Assembly (NCBI GenBank): GCA_024275165.1
Contig: JAJRZQ010000028.1
Location: 7,423-71,422, forward strand
Origin: a bacterium
GTDB lineage: Bacteria; SAR324; XYD2-FULL-50-16
Direction: 5' to 3'
Length of the DNA: 64,000 bases
Below the pieces are notes generated by a model that had not been told where the DNA came from, did no database searches, and saw only the letters and a program-made list of their open reading frames with translations. Below are positions 1 to 11,136 of this stretch, in pieces. How positions within the stretch are numbered: position 1 is the first letter of the stretch; each line of letters begins with the position of its first letter. A program made the translations under genes and the position numbers.

Positions 1-2
1 GC

Positions 3-203
3 CAACTAGAGACGGAAAAAGATTTCCTTCGTTTCGCGGGCTCTAAGGTGAAGGTCAAGGTCAAAGGCGAGTCCGTTCGCAGCTTGATGGGTACCCTTTT
101 AGGGGTCGAAGAAGGGGTGGGGATTGTTGTAGAGGCAGAAAACGGTAAAGAAACCATCGGGTTTGATACATTGGTTCAGGTGAACCTGAATCCAGACCTT
201 TGA
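3..203 (+). CDS. rimP: Ribosome maturation factor RimP, C-terminal part (5' end outside window)
   Basis: Frame 3 translates to QLETEKDFLRFAGSKVKV...GTLLGVEE...VNLNPDL*, which resembles the RimP C-terminus; canonical position upstream of nusA. Not in the ORF track. Confidence 0.85.
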   Translation, partial: QLETEKDFLRFAGSKVKVKVKGESVRSLMGTLLGVEEGVGIVVEAENGKETIGFDTLVQVNLNPDL

Positions 204-223
204 TCCATATAGAGGAAGTAGAG

Positions 224-1522
224 ATGAAGCAGGGCGCATTGCTGGAAGCCATCATAGAGCTCAGTCACGAAAGAGGGCTGGATCAAGATGTCATTATCGA
301 GGCATTGGAAGACGCGATTGTCGGGGCAGCTTATAAAAAATATAAAAACTACCGCAATATTGAGGCCCAACTCAATAAACAATCCGGTGCCTTGGAACTC
401 ATGCACTTCAAAACCGTGGTCGCCGAACTCACGGATATGGATAACCAAATTCTTTTAGAAGATGTATTGGAGTTCGACCCCGACGCAGAAGTCGGGGATG
501 AGGTGGAATACCCCATTGATGTGACCGAATTCGCTTCCGTGATCGCCCAGACCTCTCGCCAATTGGTTTTTCAAAAGATCAATGAAGCGGAACGAGAGAT
601 GGTTTTGGAGAAATACAAAGATAAAATTGGGGAGATTTTACACGGGCAGGTGGCTCGTTTCGAGCGGGGTCGCGTGGTCGTGATGATCGGCGGCAATGTC
701 GAAGCGATGCTGGAGCGCAACGAACAAATTCCCTTTGAGAAATTACAGCCCGGCGACAACATTCGGGCGATTTTAGTGGAACTGCGCCCTGAGGGGCGTG
801 GCCCTCAGTTGGTGCTTTCCCGGGCCAACCCCGACTTCTTGATGAAGTTGATCGAGGTCGAGGTTCCAGAGGTTTTTGACGGCGTGATTGATGTTATGGG
901 CGCTGCCCGGGAGCCGGGCCGACGCGCCAAACTGGCCGTGCGCAGCAATGACCCGGATGTGGATCCGGTTGGCGCCTGTGTCGGGGTTCGCGGGAGTCGA
1001 ATTCAAGCGGTAGTGAGCGAACTCTGCGGTGAGCGCATTGATGTAGTTGAATATTCCGACGATCTCGCGCAGTTTATCGTCAATGCCTTGGCTCCGGCGG
1101 AAATCGCGGAAATGGATTTGGACTTTGAAAACCGAGTCGGCCATATCAAGGTGAATATGGATCAGCTCAGTTTGGCGATTGGCAAGCAAGGGCAAAATGT
1201 ACGCCTCGCCAGCAAGCTCACCAAGGTGGCGCTGAATATTGCGGCTTTTGAACAAGAAGATGTGGTTGACCCCTTTGCCGAAGCGGAAGCGCGGCATGAG
1301 GCACGCCTCGCCGAAGAGGCGGCGCAGAAAAAACTAGCCGCGAGCCCAGAGGCAGAAGATGAACCCGCCCCGGCAAGCAACCTGGAAAATGCCCCGGTAG
1401 AAGGTGAACCCGCCCCGGCAAGCAACCTGGAAAATGCCCCGGTAGAGGATACCCCAGCAGAGGATACCCCTAAGGCAGCGGAGGGAGAAAACTCTGATAC
1501 CCAATCAACCCCTGCCGAATAA
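224..1522 (+). CDS. nusA: Transcription termination/antitermination factor NusA
   Basis: S1 and KH motifs (EVPEV..G, AREPGRRAKLAV, DPVGACVG..GSRIQAV, AIGKQGQNVRLA). ATG 224 follows a GAGG SD and is preferred over the ORF-track TTG at 200. Confidence 0.97.
   Translation: MKQGALLEAIIELSHERGLDQDVIIEALEDAIVGAAYKKYKNYRNIEAQLNKQSGALELMHFKTVVAELTDMDNQILLEDVLEFDPDAEVGDEVEYPIDVTEFASVIAQTSRQLVFQKINEAEREMVLEKYKDKIGEILHGQVARFERGRVVVMIGGNVEAMLERNEQIPFEKLQPGDNIRAILVELRPEGRGPQLVLSRANPDFLMKLIEVEVPEVFDGVIDVMGAAREPGRRAKLAVRSNDPDVDPVGACVGVRGSRIQAVVSELCGERIDVVEYSDDLAQFIVNALAPAEIAEMDLDFENRVGHIKVNMDQLSLAIGKQGQNVRLASKLTKVALNIAAFEQEDVVDPFAEAEARHEARLAEEAAQKKLAASPEAEDEPAPASNLENAPVEGEPAPASNLENAPVEDTPAEDTPKAAEGENSDTQSTPAE
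1360..1449 (+). repeat. 45-bp tandem duplication in the nusA acidic tail (EPAPASNLENAPVEG/D x2)
   Basis: 1360-1401 is identical to 1405-1446; it is followed by a short GAGGATACCCC duplication. Confidence 0.95.
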
Positions 1523-1568
1523 GCAGTTACAGCATATTGAGAATGAAAAAGGACGAGGGAGGCGATTT

Positions 1569-4142
1569 ATGAAGGCTCATGAACTGGCAAAGGAATATAA
1601 TATTCCAGCCAAGGATCTGCTTGAGCGGGCCCGTAAGCTAGGAATCGAGGTTAAGAGCCACTTTGCCGCCTTAGACCCCAAGCAGGTTGAAAAGATAAAA
1701 AAATCTTTTCAAGAGCCCGCTAAAATGAAGACGAAGCCGATTAAGGACGCCACTGCCAAAGAGCAGTTGGTGGGGGCGAGAAAGGTAAGAAAACGCATTT
1801 CCGAACCCGAGCCGCGGCGTGTTGCTGAAACGGTTGAACCGACCTTAGAGGAAAAAGAAGAAAAATCAGCTTCTCTAAAGGAAAAGCCGGTTGAGCCTGT
1901 TGCAGAAGAAGCCATGTCGGCCCCGGAAGCGAAGGAAGAGATCCCTGCGAAACCGAGGAAGGAAGAGATCCCTCAGGGTTTAAGGCCCAATCGAAAGATT
2001 AAGGTAATCCGTCAAGCCGCGCCGGAAGAAACCGAAGCCCTCAACGCCGCCGCCGCTTTAGCGGCCAAGGCCGCCCCCCTGCCGACTCCAGCAGAGCGAG
2101 AAGCGTTTGAAAGGAATAAAAAGAAACTCTTGTTGGAAGAGGAAGAGGAAGGGCGCAAGCATATCAAGCGGGCTGGGCACGGACACCGCAAAGACAATAA
2201 ACTCTATAACGACGCAGAGGATTTAGGCGAGGATGAGGTTGCCGGTACGGTGGCGGCGATCATCCCCCCTCTACCGACGATCAAAACCTTTACGGCAAGC
2301 AACTTTGCGGGCAAGGGTCGAGCCGGTAAATGGGGCAAGCCAAAGGGGCGTGGAGCGAAAAAAGCAAAAAGCACCCATGTCTTTAATGAGCGGAAAAAAG
2401 AAATTATTTTAAACCAGATGGTTACGGTCAGCGAGTTGGCCGGCGTGATCGGGGTTAAGGTCAATCAATTGCTGCAAACCTTAGAGCAACTCGGTAGTGA
2501 GGTCACGGCCAACGATGTGATTGACGGGGAAATGGCACAGCTTGTCGCGGCAGAGCATGGGGTTGAAATTCGCAATGAAATCAAAAGCGTTGAAGACGCT
2601 TTGCTCACTACCATCGACGAAGAGCAAGATTTAAAACCTCGCTTCCCCGTGGTGACGGTGATGGGGCATGTGGATCACGGTAAAACCTCTTTGTTGGACC
2701 GAATCCGTAAAACGAATGTCACTGCCGGCGAGGCGGGAGGGATCACCCAACACATTGGCGCCTATTCGGTGCAAACCTCTGCAGGGAGGATCACCTTTTT
2801 GGACACTCCGGGCCACGAAGCCTTTACGGCCATGCGTGCCCGTGGCGCTACCGCTACGGATATCGTGATTTTAGTGGTTGCCGCCGACGATGGCCCTCTC
2901 CCCCAAACCATTGAGGCCATTAGCCACTCCAAGGCAGCGGGGGTGCCCATTATTGTTGCCATCAACAAGTGTGATAAACCCGACGCGACCCCCGACAAGG
3001 TGGTGCAGCAGTTGATGGAATATGAATTGATTTCCGAAGATTTCGGCGGGGATACCTCAATGGTGAAGGTCTCTGCCCATACCGGTGAAGGGGTGGATAA
3101 GTTGCTCGAAATGATCAGCCTACAAGCTGAAATCATGGAGCTGAAAGCCAATTCCTCGCGCCCGGCCGAAGGGGTGGTCATCGAAGCTCGTCTTGATAAG
3201 GGGCGAGGGAATGTATGCACCTTTTTGGTGCAAAAAGGAACCCTAAAAATCGGGGACTGCTTTGTAGCGGGAAACGAGTTTGGTCGGGTTCGCGCCATGG
3301 TGAACGATCAAGGCAAGCAGGTTAAGCAGGCGGGCCCCTCGATTCCCGTAGAAATTGTGGGCCTTAACGGGCTGCCTCTCGCAGGGGATAACTTCCAGGT
3401 TGGAAAAAACGAGAAGATCGTACGGCAAATCGCCGAAACCCGGGCTGCCCATGAAAAGGATCAACGCCAAAGCCAAGCGGTGGCGGTCAGTTTGGAAAAT
3501 ATTTTTGCCAACGCCGGAGGCGAGGAGCAGAGAAATTTAAACCTGATCATTAAATCCGATGTGGTGGGCAGCATGGAAGCCTTATCCGAAGCCCTAACCA
3601 AGTTGGGCAACGAAAAGGTAGCGGTCAAGGTGGTGCATTCCGCTGTGGGGGCCATCACTCAAACCGATGTGAGCTTGGCGCAAACCAGTGAAGCGATCAT
3701 TGTGGGCTTTAATGTGCGGCCCGATACGGCAGCGAAAAAATTGGCCCAGCAAGAAAAGGTAGAGATCAAGCTCTACAGCATCATCTATGAATGCATTGAA
3801 GATGTGACCAAAGCCTTGGAAGGCATGCTCAAGCCCATTGTCCGTGAAGAGATTCAAGGTAAAGCCGAGGTGTTGGAAATCTTTACCATTCCCAAGGTGG
3901 GGGTGATTGCCGGTTCTAAGGTGATTGAAGGCAAGATTATGCGCGATAACCCAATTCGCGTTTTCCGGGATAATATTTTGATTCACGATGGCTTTTTGCA
4001 TAGCCTTCGTCGTTTTCAAGACAATGTCAAAGAGGTGCAAGAGGGCTTTGAATGCGGTATCGGTATCCAATCTTACAAGGATTTGCGCGCGGGAGATGTA
4101 TTGGAGTCCTATCTCAGGTTAGAAACCCAGGCAACCTTGTAA
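1569..4142 (+). CDS. infB: Translation initiation factor IF-2
   Basis: GHVDHGKT, GGITQHIGAY, DTPGHEAF and NKCD G-domain motifs; N-terminal IF2_N domain; GGAGG SD. Confidence 0.98.
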   Translation: MKAHELAKEYNIPAKDLLERARKLGIEVKSHFAALDPKQVEKIKKSFQEPAKMKTKPIKDATAKEQLVGARKVRKRISEPEPRRVAETVEPTLEEKEEKSASLKEKPVEPVAEEAMSAPEAKEEIPAKPRKEEIPQGLRPNRKIKVIRQAAPEETEALNAAAALAAKAAPLPTPAEREAFERNKKKLLLEEEEEGRKHIKRAGHGHRKDNKLYNDAEDLGEDEVAGTVAAIIPPLPTIKTFTASNFAGKGRAGKWGKPKGRGAKKAKSTHVFNERKKEIILNQMVTVSELAGVIGVKVNQLLQTLEQLGSEVTANDVIDGEMAQLVAAEHGVEIRNEIKSVEDALLTTIDEEQDLKPRFPVVTVMGHVDHGKTSLLDRIRKTNVTAGEAGGITQHIGAYSVQTSAGRITFLDTPGHEAFTAMRARGATATDIVILVVAADDGPLPQTIEAISHSKAAGVPIIVAINKCDKPDATPDKVVQQLMEYELISEDFGGDTSMVKVSAHTGEGVDKLLEMISLQAEIMELKANSSRPAEGVVIEARLDKGRGNVCTFLVQKGTLKIGDCFVAGNEFGRVRAMVNDQGKQVKQAGPSIPVEIVGLNGLPLAGDNFQVGKNEKIVRQIAETRAAHEKDQRQSQAVAVSLENIFANAGGEEQRNLNLIIKSDVVGSMEALSEALTKLGNEKVAVKVVHSAVGAITQTDVSLAQTSEAIIVGFNVRPDTAAKKLAQQEKVEIKLYSIIYECIEDVTKALEGMLKPIVREEIQGKAEVLEIFTIPKVGVIAGSKVIEGKIMRDNPIRVFRDNILIHDGFLHSLRRFQDNVKEVQEGFECGIGIQSYKDLRAGDVLESYLRLETQATL

Positions 4143-4146
4143 GGGT

Positions 4147-4506
4147 ATGGCAAAGGTTAAAAAAGAGCGGCTGAAAGAAAATCTTAAGATTCGCTTAGCT
4201 CAATTGCTGCATAAAGAGGCTGCCGACCCCCGTTTAGAAGGGGTGACGATCTCTTCGCTTAAACTCAGCCCCGATGGAGCTTTAGCTACCTGTTTTTTCT
4301 CGATTTTCGGTAAAACTCCAGAAGAAGTTCAAAAAATTGAAGCCGCCTTAAACCATTCCTCTGGTTTTTTCCAAAGGAGGTTGGGGCAGGTGCTGGAAAG
4401 CCGGAACACGCCGAGGTTGCATTTTGTTTTTGATAAGGGATTTGATTACAGCAATCAGATTGAAGATGTTTTGATTCGTTTAAAAAAAGAAGGCGAACTC
4501 TCTTAG
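4147..4506 (+). CDS. rbfA: Ribosome-binding factor A
   Basis: DPRL..VTIS..LSPD and R.TP.L.F..D motifs; directly follows infB. Confidence 0.93.
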   Translation: MAKVKKERLKENLKIRLAQLLHKEAADPRLEGVTISSLKLSPDGALATCFFSIFGKTPEEVQKIEAALNHSSGFFQRRLGQVLESRNTPRLHFVFDKGFDYSNQIEDVLIRLKKEGELS

Positions 4507-4533
4507 GGAACCTCTACATTTTTCAGAGTTTCC
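4507..4533. repeat. 27-bp imperfect palindromic repeat, copy 1, flanked by TTAG direct repeats
   Basis: TTAG-GGAACCTCTACATTTTTCAGAGTTTCC-TTAG; the left TTAG includes the rbfA stop codon. Confidence 0.7.
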
Positions 4534-4647
4534 TTAGTTCGCCTTCTTTTTTGTCTCCGCTGTGTTTCCTTTATTTTAGCGAGATGGATTTTTTTTAGGC
4601 AGGCCAAGTTCTAGCTGCATTCTTCACAGGAACTCGCACGAATCAAG

Positions 4648-6570
4648 ATGGAAATTGGAAAAGAATATTACCAGATTTTCTTTGATCGCATTAGTGACGG
4701 CATCTTTGCCATCATGAATGGCAAGATGGCCTTTGCCAATCATGTCTTAGCTAATCTACTCGGCTACAATACCCACGAAATTATCGGTCTTCCCTTTGAA
4801 ACTCTCATTGCCCCTGAGCAGGTGGAAGAGGTTCAAGCAAAGTACCTAGCCCGTTTGCAGGGGGAAGAGGTAGCCGAACACTATGAAATGCTCTTAATCG
4901 GCAAAAAGGGGCAAAGGGTCAGGGGGCAGGTGAACCTTGTCTTGATTCAGTCTCTTGAAGGGCCGATTGTCTTAGGCGCCTTTAAGGATTTAACGGCCCT
5001 GAAAGAGGCTCAAGCGGGTTTGGAACTCTCCGAGCAAGATCTTACCGCCATTTTAAACAATCTTTCGGATGTCTTTTACCGGGTGGATAAAGAAGGCATT
5101 ATTTTAAAGATTTCCCCTTCTTGTTTGGACGCGACGGGTTATCGGCCCGAAGAAATGATCGGTCGGCCCATGACCGATTTTTATTTCAATGCCGAGCATC
5201 GCGATCGGGTGGCGCAAGCTATTTTGGATCAAGGCGGCAAGGCAACCCAGGTGGAGGCGGCGTTGCGCCGTAAAAACGGGGAAGCCTATTGGGTTTCGAC
5301 CAATGCCTATGTACGCTACGATGAGCAAGGCGAGATTTTATATATCGAAGGGATCGCGCGCGATATTTCAGAGAGAAAAGAATTTGAAGAAAAGCTTAAC
5401 CGGGCCAAGGAGGCGGCCGAGGCGGCCAATCGGGTTAAGGATTCCTTTGTAGCCACCATGAGCCATGAGCTACGCACCCCGATGAATGGGGTATTGGGCA
5501 TGGCTCATTTGCTTTTGTTCAGCGACTTGAATGAAGAACAACGGCAGATGACAGAGACCATTGTTCAGTCCGGCAACGGCTTGATCAAAATCTTGAATGA
5601 TATTCTTTCTTTTTCTAAGTTGGGAGCGCATAAGATGCGGGTGCATCTGGCTCACATTCGTTTATCTGAATTGGTGCAAAATACCCTGCATCTTTTTAGT
5701 GGTTCGGCTCAGGTAAAGGGCTTGGAGCTTTCGTTTCAAATTGATCCAAAGCTGGATGCCGTGGTCTCTGGCGATGCCGAACTGCTGGGGCAAATTCTCT
5801 CTAACCTTTTGGCCAATGCGGTGAAATTTACTGAGCAGGGTCAGATTCTGCTCAAGCTTGAGCTGTTAAAGCAAGATTCCATAACCCAATGGGTTGGCTT
5901 TTGTGTGGAAGATACGGGAATCGGAATTGCCGAAGAAAGTTTGGAAGAGATCTTTCATTCTTTTTCCCAGTTGGAGGCGGCCCACACCCGGAGTCAAGGT
6001 GGAACGGGGCTGGGCTTGGCGATTGTGCGCGAGTTGACCCACTTGCTTGGGGGGCAAGTCCGGGTGGAAAGCGCCTTGTCTCAAGGGAGCCGCTTTTTTT
6101 TAAAGATTCCCTTCCAACGGGTTGAAGACGCAGACCTACCTGTTTCCCGTGAAAGGGATTTACAACAAGCGTCACCGAGGGTTATTTTGCCGCGCCTCTT
6201 TGATAAAAAGGTTTTAGTGGTTGAGGATGATCCGGTCAGCCTTCAGGTAGCCTTAAAAATGCTTTCTTTGCGAGGGATTCAAGCCGATTTCGCGTGGAAT
6301 GGGAAAATTGCCTTGCGGCGTTTGGAAAAGCAACGCTACGACCTGATTTTCATGGACTGCATTATGCCGGAACTCGACGGCTTAGCCGTTACTCGGGCTT
6401 ACCGAGAAAGAGAAGCCAAAGATCGGCCTGCTTCTGTTATCATAGCCTTAACCGCTCGGGCCATGCCGGAAGATCAAGAGGCTTGTTTTCAGGCGGGAAT
6501 GGATGGGTTTATGAGCAAACCCATTAAACTGGAACAGCTGGATGAGGTGCTGGCTCGTTGGTTTGAGTAG
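4648..6570 (+). CDS. Cytoplasmic hybrid histidine kinase (PAS-PAS-HisKA-HATPase-REC)
   Basis: Two PAS/PAC segments, H-box MSHELRTPMNG, N-box NLLANAVKFT, DTGIGI, GGTGLGL, receiver DLIFMDCIMPELDG. Confidence 0.93.
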   Translation: MEIGKEYYQIFFDRISDGIFAIMNGKMAFANHVLANLLGYNTHEIIGLPFETLIAPEQVEEVQAKYLARLQGEEVAEHYEMLLIGKKGQRVRGQVNLVLIQSLEGPIVLGAFKDLTALKEAQAGLELSEQDLTAILNNLSDVFYRVDKEGIILKISPSCLDATGYRPEEMIGRPMTDFYFNAEHRDRVAQAILDQGGKATQVEAALRRKNGEAYWVSTNAYVRYDEQGEILYIEGIARDISERKEFEEKLNRAKEAAEAANRVKDSFVATMSHELRTPMNGVLGMAHLLLFSDLNEEQRQMTETIVQSGNGLIKILNDILSFSKLGAHKMRVHLAHIRLSELVQNTLHLFSGSAQVKGLELSFQIDPKLDAVVSGDAELLGQILSNLLANAVKFTEQGQILLKLELLKQDSITQWVGFCVEDTGIGIAEESLEEIFHSFSQLEAAHTRSQGGTGLGLAIVRELTHLLGGQVRVESALSQGSRFFLKIPFQRVEDADLPVSRERDLQQASPRVILPRLFDKKVLVVEDDPVSLQVALKMLSLRGIQADFAWNGKIALRRLEKQRYDLIFMDCIMPELDGLAVTRAYREREAKDRPASVIIALTARAMPEDQEACFQAGMDGFMSKPIKLEQLDEVLARWFE

Positions 6571-6575
6571 GGGAA

Positions 6576-7655
6576 TTAGGCTTTTGCTTCTTGTTGCAGG
6601 AGTTTGGCTTGATGATCCGCGGCTAGGGCATCAATAATTTCGCCTAAATCCCCATTGGACATGATTTCTTCTAAACGGTACAGGGTCAGGCCAATGCGAT
6701 GGTCGGTCACGCGCCCTTGGGGATAATTGTAGGTGCGAATTCGCTCGGAGCGGTCTCCACTCCCCACCATGGACTTGCGCAAAGCCGCCTCTTCATTGCG
6801 GGAGGTTTCTGCCTGAATCTCATAGAGTTTTGCCGCTAAATACTTCATCGCCTTTGCTCGGTTTTTGATTTGGCTGCGTTCTTCTTGGCATTGCACCACC
6901 ACCCCAGAGGGGAGGTGCGTAATGCGGATGGCCGAATCGGTGGTATTGACATGCTGCCCCCCGGCCCCGCTAGAGCGATAGGTATCGATTTTTAAGTCCA
7001 CCGGATTGATGTCCACCTCGACTTCTTGAGCCTCCGGCAAAACCGCTACCGTGCAGGCAGAAGTATGCACTCGCCCTTGGGTCTCCGTGGCGGGAACCCG
7101 TTGCACCCGATGGGTGCCCGATTCAAACTTCATCTTAGCGTAGATGTTATTTCCTTCGATGCTCGCCACAATCTCTTTAAATCCCCCGAGATCGGTTTCG
7201 TTGATGTCTAAGACCTCGATTTTCCAACCCTTTTTTTCCGCGAAGCGTTGGTACATGCGAAAGAGGTTGGCGGTAAACAGGGCGGCTTCTTCCCCTCCCG
7301 TACCAGCTCGAATCTCTAAAATGATATTTTTGTCATCGTCGGGGTCTTTGGGGAGCAAGGCGAGCTGGGCCTCTTGCTGCAAAGCCTCAAGGCGTTTTTT
7401 CAGACTGGGAATTTCGCCCTTGGCCATTTCCCGCATTTCTGGGTCTTCTGCCGGGTCGTTGGCAATCGCTTGATTCCCTGCCAAGTCTTCGGAAACTTGG
7501 TGCAATTCTTGATAGAGTTGGGCTAAGGGGGCAAGTTTGGCTTGTTCTTTCGAGAGCTTTTGCAGGCGTTGGGAATCCCCTAAAACCGTGGGCGAAGAGA
7601 GGAGAGCGTTGAGTTCTTCAAAACGGGAAAAAAGCGGCGCAAGTCGATCCAGCAT
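6576..7655 (-). CDS. prfA: Peptide chain release factor 1
   Basis: GGQ motif, RF1-specific PAT (RVPATE), [25 protein letters not shown]. Confidence 0.97.
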   Translation of the reverse strand: MLDRLAPLFSRFEELNALLSSPTVLGDSQRLQKLSKEQAKLAPLAQLYQELHQVSEDLAGNQAIANDPAEDPEMREMAKGEIPSLKKRLEALQQEAQLALLPKDPDDDKNIILEIRAGTGGEEAALFTANLFRMYQRFAEKKGWKIEVLDINETDLGGFKEIVASIEGNNIYAKMKFESGTHRVQRVPATETQGRVHTSACTVAVLPEAQEVEVDINPVDLKIDTYRSSGAGGQHVNTTDSAIRITHLPSGVVVQCQEERSQIKNRAKAMKYLAAKLYEIQAETSRNEEAALRKSMVGSGDRSERIRTYNYPQGRVTDHRIGLTLYRLEEIMSNGDLGEIIDALAADHQAKLLQQEAKA

Positions 7656-7700
7656 AGGGTAAAGGGGCAGGAGTTGCCAGGGGCGATATCGCCCTTGGCT

Positions 7701-7913
7701 TTACTTGGGCTGGAAGCCTTGGTATTTCTTTTTGAAACGGTCGATTCGCCCTTCGGTATCAATCAATTTGGATTTGCCGGTGTACTGGGGGTGGCATTTG
7801 GAGCAGATTTCTACTTTGATTTCTTCTTTCATGGTGCTGCCGATTTGAAAGCTAGCGCCGCAACCACAACTATAGGTAGTCGTGTGGTATGGAGGGTGGA
7901 TATCTGATTTCAT
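7701..7913 (-). CDS. rpmE: 50S ribosomal protein L31 (zinc-binding C+ type)
   Basis: MKSDIHPPY, CGC...ICSKCHP, DTEGRIDRFKKKY. Confidence 0.97.
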   Translation of the reverse strand: MKSDIHPPYHTTTYSCGCGASFQIGSTMKEEIKVEICSKCHPQYTGKSKLIDTEGRIDRFKKKYQGFQPK

Positions 7914-7926
7914 GAAATTGTTCTTT

Positions 7927-7977
7927 CTAAGGGTTGCCCCAAAATAAGCCGGACTGGCTCGACTTGGAGGGCCTTAG
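7927..7977 (-). promoter_or_regulatory. Long hairpin in the rpmE 5' UTR, candidate L31 autoregulatory leader
   Basis: Nested stems CTAAGG/CCTTAG, CTCCAAG/TTTGGGG and GAGCC/GGCTT between the promoter and the start codon. Confidence 0.5.
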
Positions 7978-7994
7978 TCTAAGGTTGGTTAAAA

Positions 7995-8023
7995 ATAATA
8001 TCTTTTTGCCTAAGTTTGGTCAA
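7995..8023 (-). promoter_or_regulatory. Sigma70-type promoter for rpmE-prfA
   Basis: TTGACC-17 bp-TATTAT on the minus strand. Confidence 0.7.
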
Positions 8024-8029
8024 GGGAAA

Positions 8030-9376
<1,347 letters not shown>

Positions 9377-9489
9377 GAGAATTATAAGGTGAGAGTTTGC
9401 AGGATATTAAAGATCGGGGAAACGACTTTTAGTCGATAGAACGAATCGAAAATTCAATCGGTGGAGTGGACTCAACCGAGTCTACCGAA

Positions 9490-9518
9490 AAATTAACCAA
9501 AGTAAAAGGCTTGGTCAA
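9490..9518 (-). promoter_or_regulatory. Sigma70-type promoter for rho
   Basis: TTGACC-17 bp-TAATTT, followed by a ~100-nt pyrimidine-rich leader. Confidence 0.6.
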
Positions 9519-9526
9519 GCCTAGAT

Positions 9527-10321
9527 TTATGCTTCCTCTTGCCCAAAGGGTGTTTTTTTTCTTTTTTCTTCTTCCTTGCTTTCTTCTCGGTATGCTCTTA
9601 ATGCTTGATATAGTGGGTCTTCATTCATTTTTTCCGCGTTTTTTTCTCGATCCTCTAAGGGGGAGGATTTTTTTTTGTTTTTTTGCGATAAATGGATCAG
9701 GGGCTCAAAAATACGAGCCCAGGCGTATTGGAGTTGATACCAAAGCGGTTTTACCCCCTCTTTGAGATGGAAGGTTTTTTTAGCCAAAAAGGCGAAGGCG
9801 AGCATCAAGGCGATAAATAAAGCGGGGTCGAGACGAAAGCGGTTGAGATTGAGCGCGACTTGCAAGCTTAAGATGATGAAGGGGGGCCAAGGGGTTAAAT
9901 AGGCGCTGAGTTCGCTGCTCGCGCCAGCGCCCCAAAGGCCGACCCAATAGCCCGTATCGCTTTGCAAGAGGTTGAGGATCAGGCCGAGCAAGAGGGTTAA
10001 GATTAAGTATTCCAGGAGCCCGAAAAAGAATTTAGCGCTGATGGACCCTGCTTGATTCCCCTTAATAAACAACATCCACAGGGGAAAAAGATAGGCGCAA
10101 CGGCCAAAGGCGTCGAAACAAAACCCGGCGATCAAACTGCCGGGGAGCCCCAACCCATTGTGTATCCCTCCGAGGGGGCTGACTAAGTTGAGCGGACTGG
10201 GGTCGTTGCGCCCTTGAAAAAGCAACATGACCAGCAAAAGCAAAGCGAGCCCCACCTGAATCAATTCAACCGGGCGAGGTAGGGGGACCGCATTCAGGTC
10301 TTCTGGGTCGAATTCGACCAT
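9527..10321 (-). CDS. Membrane protein with an FtsK 4TM-like domain and no motor domain
   Basis: DPS...IHNGLGLPGSLIAGFCFDAFGRCAYLFP resembles the FtsK_4TM consensus; several TM helices then a charged tail, no Walker motifs. Start is uncertain (ORF extends to 10381). Confidence 0.65.
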   Translation of the reverse strand: MVEFDPEDLNAVPLPRPVELIQVGLALLLLVMLLFQGRNDPSPLNLVSPLGGIHNGLGLPGSLIAGFCFDAFGRCAYLFPLWMLFIKGNQAGSISAKFFFGLLEYLILTLLLGLILNLLQSDTGYWVGLWGAGASSELSAYLTPWPPFIILSLQVALNLNRFRLDPALFIALMLAFAFLAKKTFHLKEGVKPLWYQLQYAWARIFEPLIHLSQKNKKKSSPLEDREKNAEKMNEDPLYQALRAYREESKEEEKRKKTPFGQEEA

Positions 10322-11132
10322 GTTGGCAAAACGCTTCATAGGCCTCGTTGGATTTTTTAACCGCGTCAATACCATGGGCATCGGAGCCGTAGACTAAGGG
10401 AATCGAAAGCTCCTCGGCGAGTTGGCGCAACGCTTTGGGCAGGTAAGGCCGTCGGCAGAGAGGGTAGCTCGCTCCGGCAAAGTTGTCGTCTAGGCTATAC
10501 CCTCCTTGCTTTAAGAGGTAACCGATTTGCTCAAAAAAAGAAAGGGACGGCTCGAGAAAAGCACCGAAATCAAGCTTTTGACAAAATTTGTAAATAATCC
10601 CCGCATGACCGATACGCTTGGGTTTAAAGGGGCCTAAATCCGCGGTGAGCATCTGCTGAAAGGCGTTCCAATAGGCTTGGTGATAGGCTTCTACAGTGCC
10701 GTAATGCGCCAGCAGGTCTTGTCGGGTGATTTCTGGGGAATAGTCGATCATGGCGTAGGGAATCGCTCCGGGCATATAATGCATGGATAAAATCGCGTCA
10801 TCCAAGCGAGGGCCGTATTGATGGAGCAGCTCGGTGGTATAGGCTTGGTGGGCGTGGAGAAAATCGACTTCTAAACCAACCAACACCTCGATTCGCCCTT
10901 GAAAATCTTGTTTCAATTGCTCGGCGAGGGTAAAATAAGCTTCCATTTCTTCTTCTAAGAGGGCGAACTCGGCTTGACGCCCTTTGGGGGCCACTCCCTC
11001 GGGCAGGGGAGCATGCTCGGTGAGGCTGTAGTGGGTAAACCCCAAAGCCAAGGCCTGCTCGATCATTTTTTTGGTGGATTCTTGTTTCCCGTGGCGGCAA
11101 AGCTCGGTGTGGCTGTGTCCATCCCATTTCAT
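10266..11132 (-). CDS. Histidinol-phosphatase, PHP (HisJ/HisK) family
   Basis: DGHSHT..C.HG, TEHAPLP, GLEVDF, ILSMHY, RIGH and GSDAH PHP motifs. Confidence 0.88.
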   Translation of the reverse strand: MKWDGHSHTELCRHGKQESTKKMIEQALALGFTHYSLTEHAPLPEGVAPKGRQAEFALLEEEMEAYFTLAEQLKQDFQGRIEVLVGLEVDFLHAHQAYTTELLHQYGPRLDDAILSMHYMPGAIPYAMIDYSPEITRQDLLAHYGTVEAYHQAYWNAFQQMLTADLGPFKPKRIGHAGIIYKFCQKLDFGAFLEPSLSFFEQIGYLLKQGGYSLDDNFAGASYPLCRRPYLPKALRQLAEELSIPLVYGSDAHGIDAVKKSNEAYEAFCQHGRIRPRRPECGPPTSPG

Positions 11133-11136
11133 CGCG

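Noticed and set aside
1360..1470. CRISPR array
   Set aside because: Two adjacent in-frame copies with no spacers; no cas genes in the window.
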